From the NCBI RefSeq assembly GCF_000142905.1, contig NW_013657643.1, positions 142,054-206,053 of the forward strand: a DNA stretch of 64,000 bases. The letters run 5' to 3'. Shown in pieces: positions 63,855-64,000 of the stretch. The stretch comes from Thecamonas trahens ATCC 50062. Its lineage: Eukaryota > Protista > Apusomonadida. Within the stretch, counting starts at the first letter, position 1. Each line of letters starts with the position of its first letter. The notes below the pieces were generated by a model. The model did not search any database. It saw only the letters and a program-made list of their open reading frames with translations, and had not been told where the DNA came from. Position numbers and translations under genes: made by a program.

Positions 63855-64000
63855 ATGGCCCTCATTACCACTATCGCCACGGCCGTAGCGGGTTGGGGTT
63901 GGCTGGCACCGGCTGCAGTGGTGGTCCTGGCTGTGGCGGTGGCGGTGGTCCGGGCTGTTCTGGCGCCCACCGTCGACGCCGCTACCGTCCCGCCCGACGC
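63855..64000 (+). CDS. 5' end of a membrane-anchored protein (runs off the window)
   Basis: ccATGg after a C/CA tract; MALITTIATAVAGWGWLAPAAVVVLAVAVAVV is open to the window end. Confidence 0.55.
   Translation, partial: MALITTIATAVAGWGWLAPAAVVVLAVAVAVVRAVLAPTVDAATVPPD

Overview
GC-rich, gene-dense, intron-poor eukaryotic genomic DNA with six N-gaps, all flanked by poly-C/poly-G runs. Gene content (CEP135, augmin HAUS5, SNX9-type SH3-PX-BAR, PP2A-B55, ABP34-like, FG-GAP/7TM giant protein) and composition suggest a flagellated protist close to opisthokonts; an apusomonad such as Thecamonas is my inference, not verified. I see about 30 protein-coding genes, four well-supported GTACG..AG introns, and no rRNA, tRNA, CRISPR array or transposon. 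Recognisable genes: MAP2K, triple-PH protein, F-box/WD40, PrimPol, BFR1-like, SAM50, NAE1, ankyrin protein, SLC37/GlpT-type MFS, PP2A-B55, ABP34-like, CEP135, HAUS5, SNX9-like, GPR89. The most notable candidate is a gene split by two -1 frameshifts (381-4338). Repaired, it fuses a voltage-sensor-like membrane module (hidden S4 ARAGRAARAAART..LFRVMK, resembling that of ciliate/apicomplexan adenylyl cyclases) to a Ras-GEF, and lies directly upstream of a MAP2K gene. Other highlights: a C2 domain fused to a PHTF/7TM-ion-channel-like region, a stand-alone subtilase prodomain, a tandem C10-like mitochondrial protein, a degenerate ATP-grasp/TTL-like protein, and a consistent strand-specific C-tract/G-tract pattern around gene starts and introns. 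All family assignments come from motif recognition by eye; no database searches were run.
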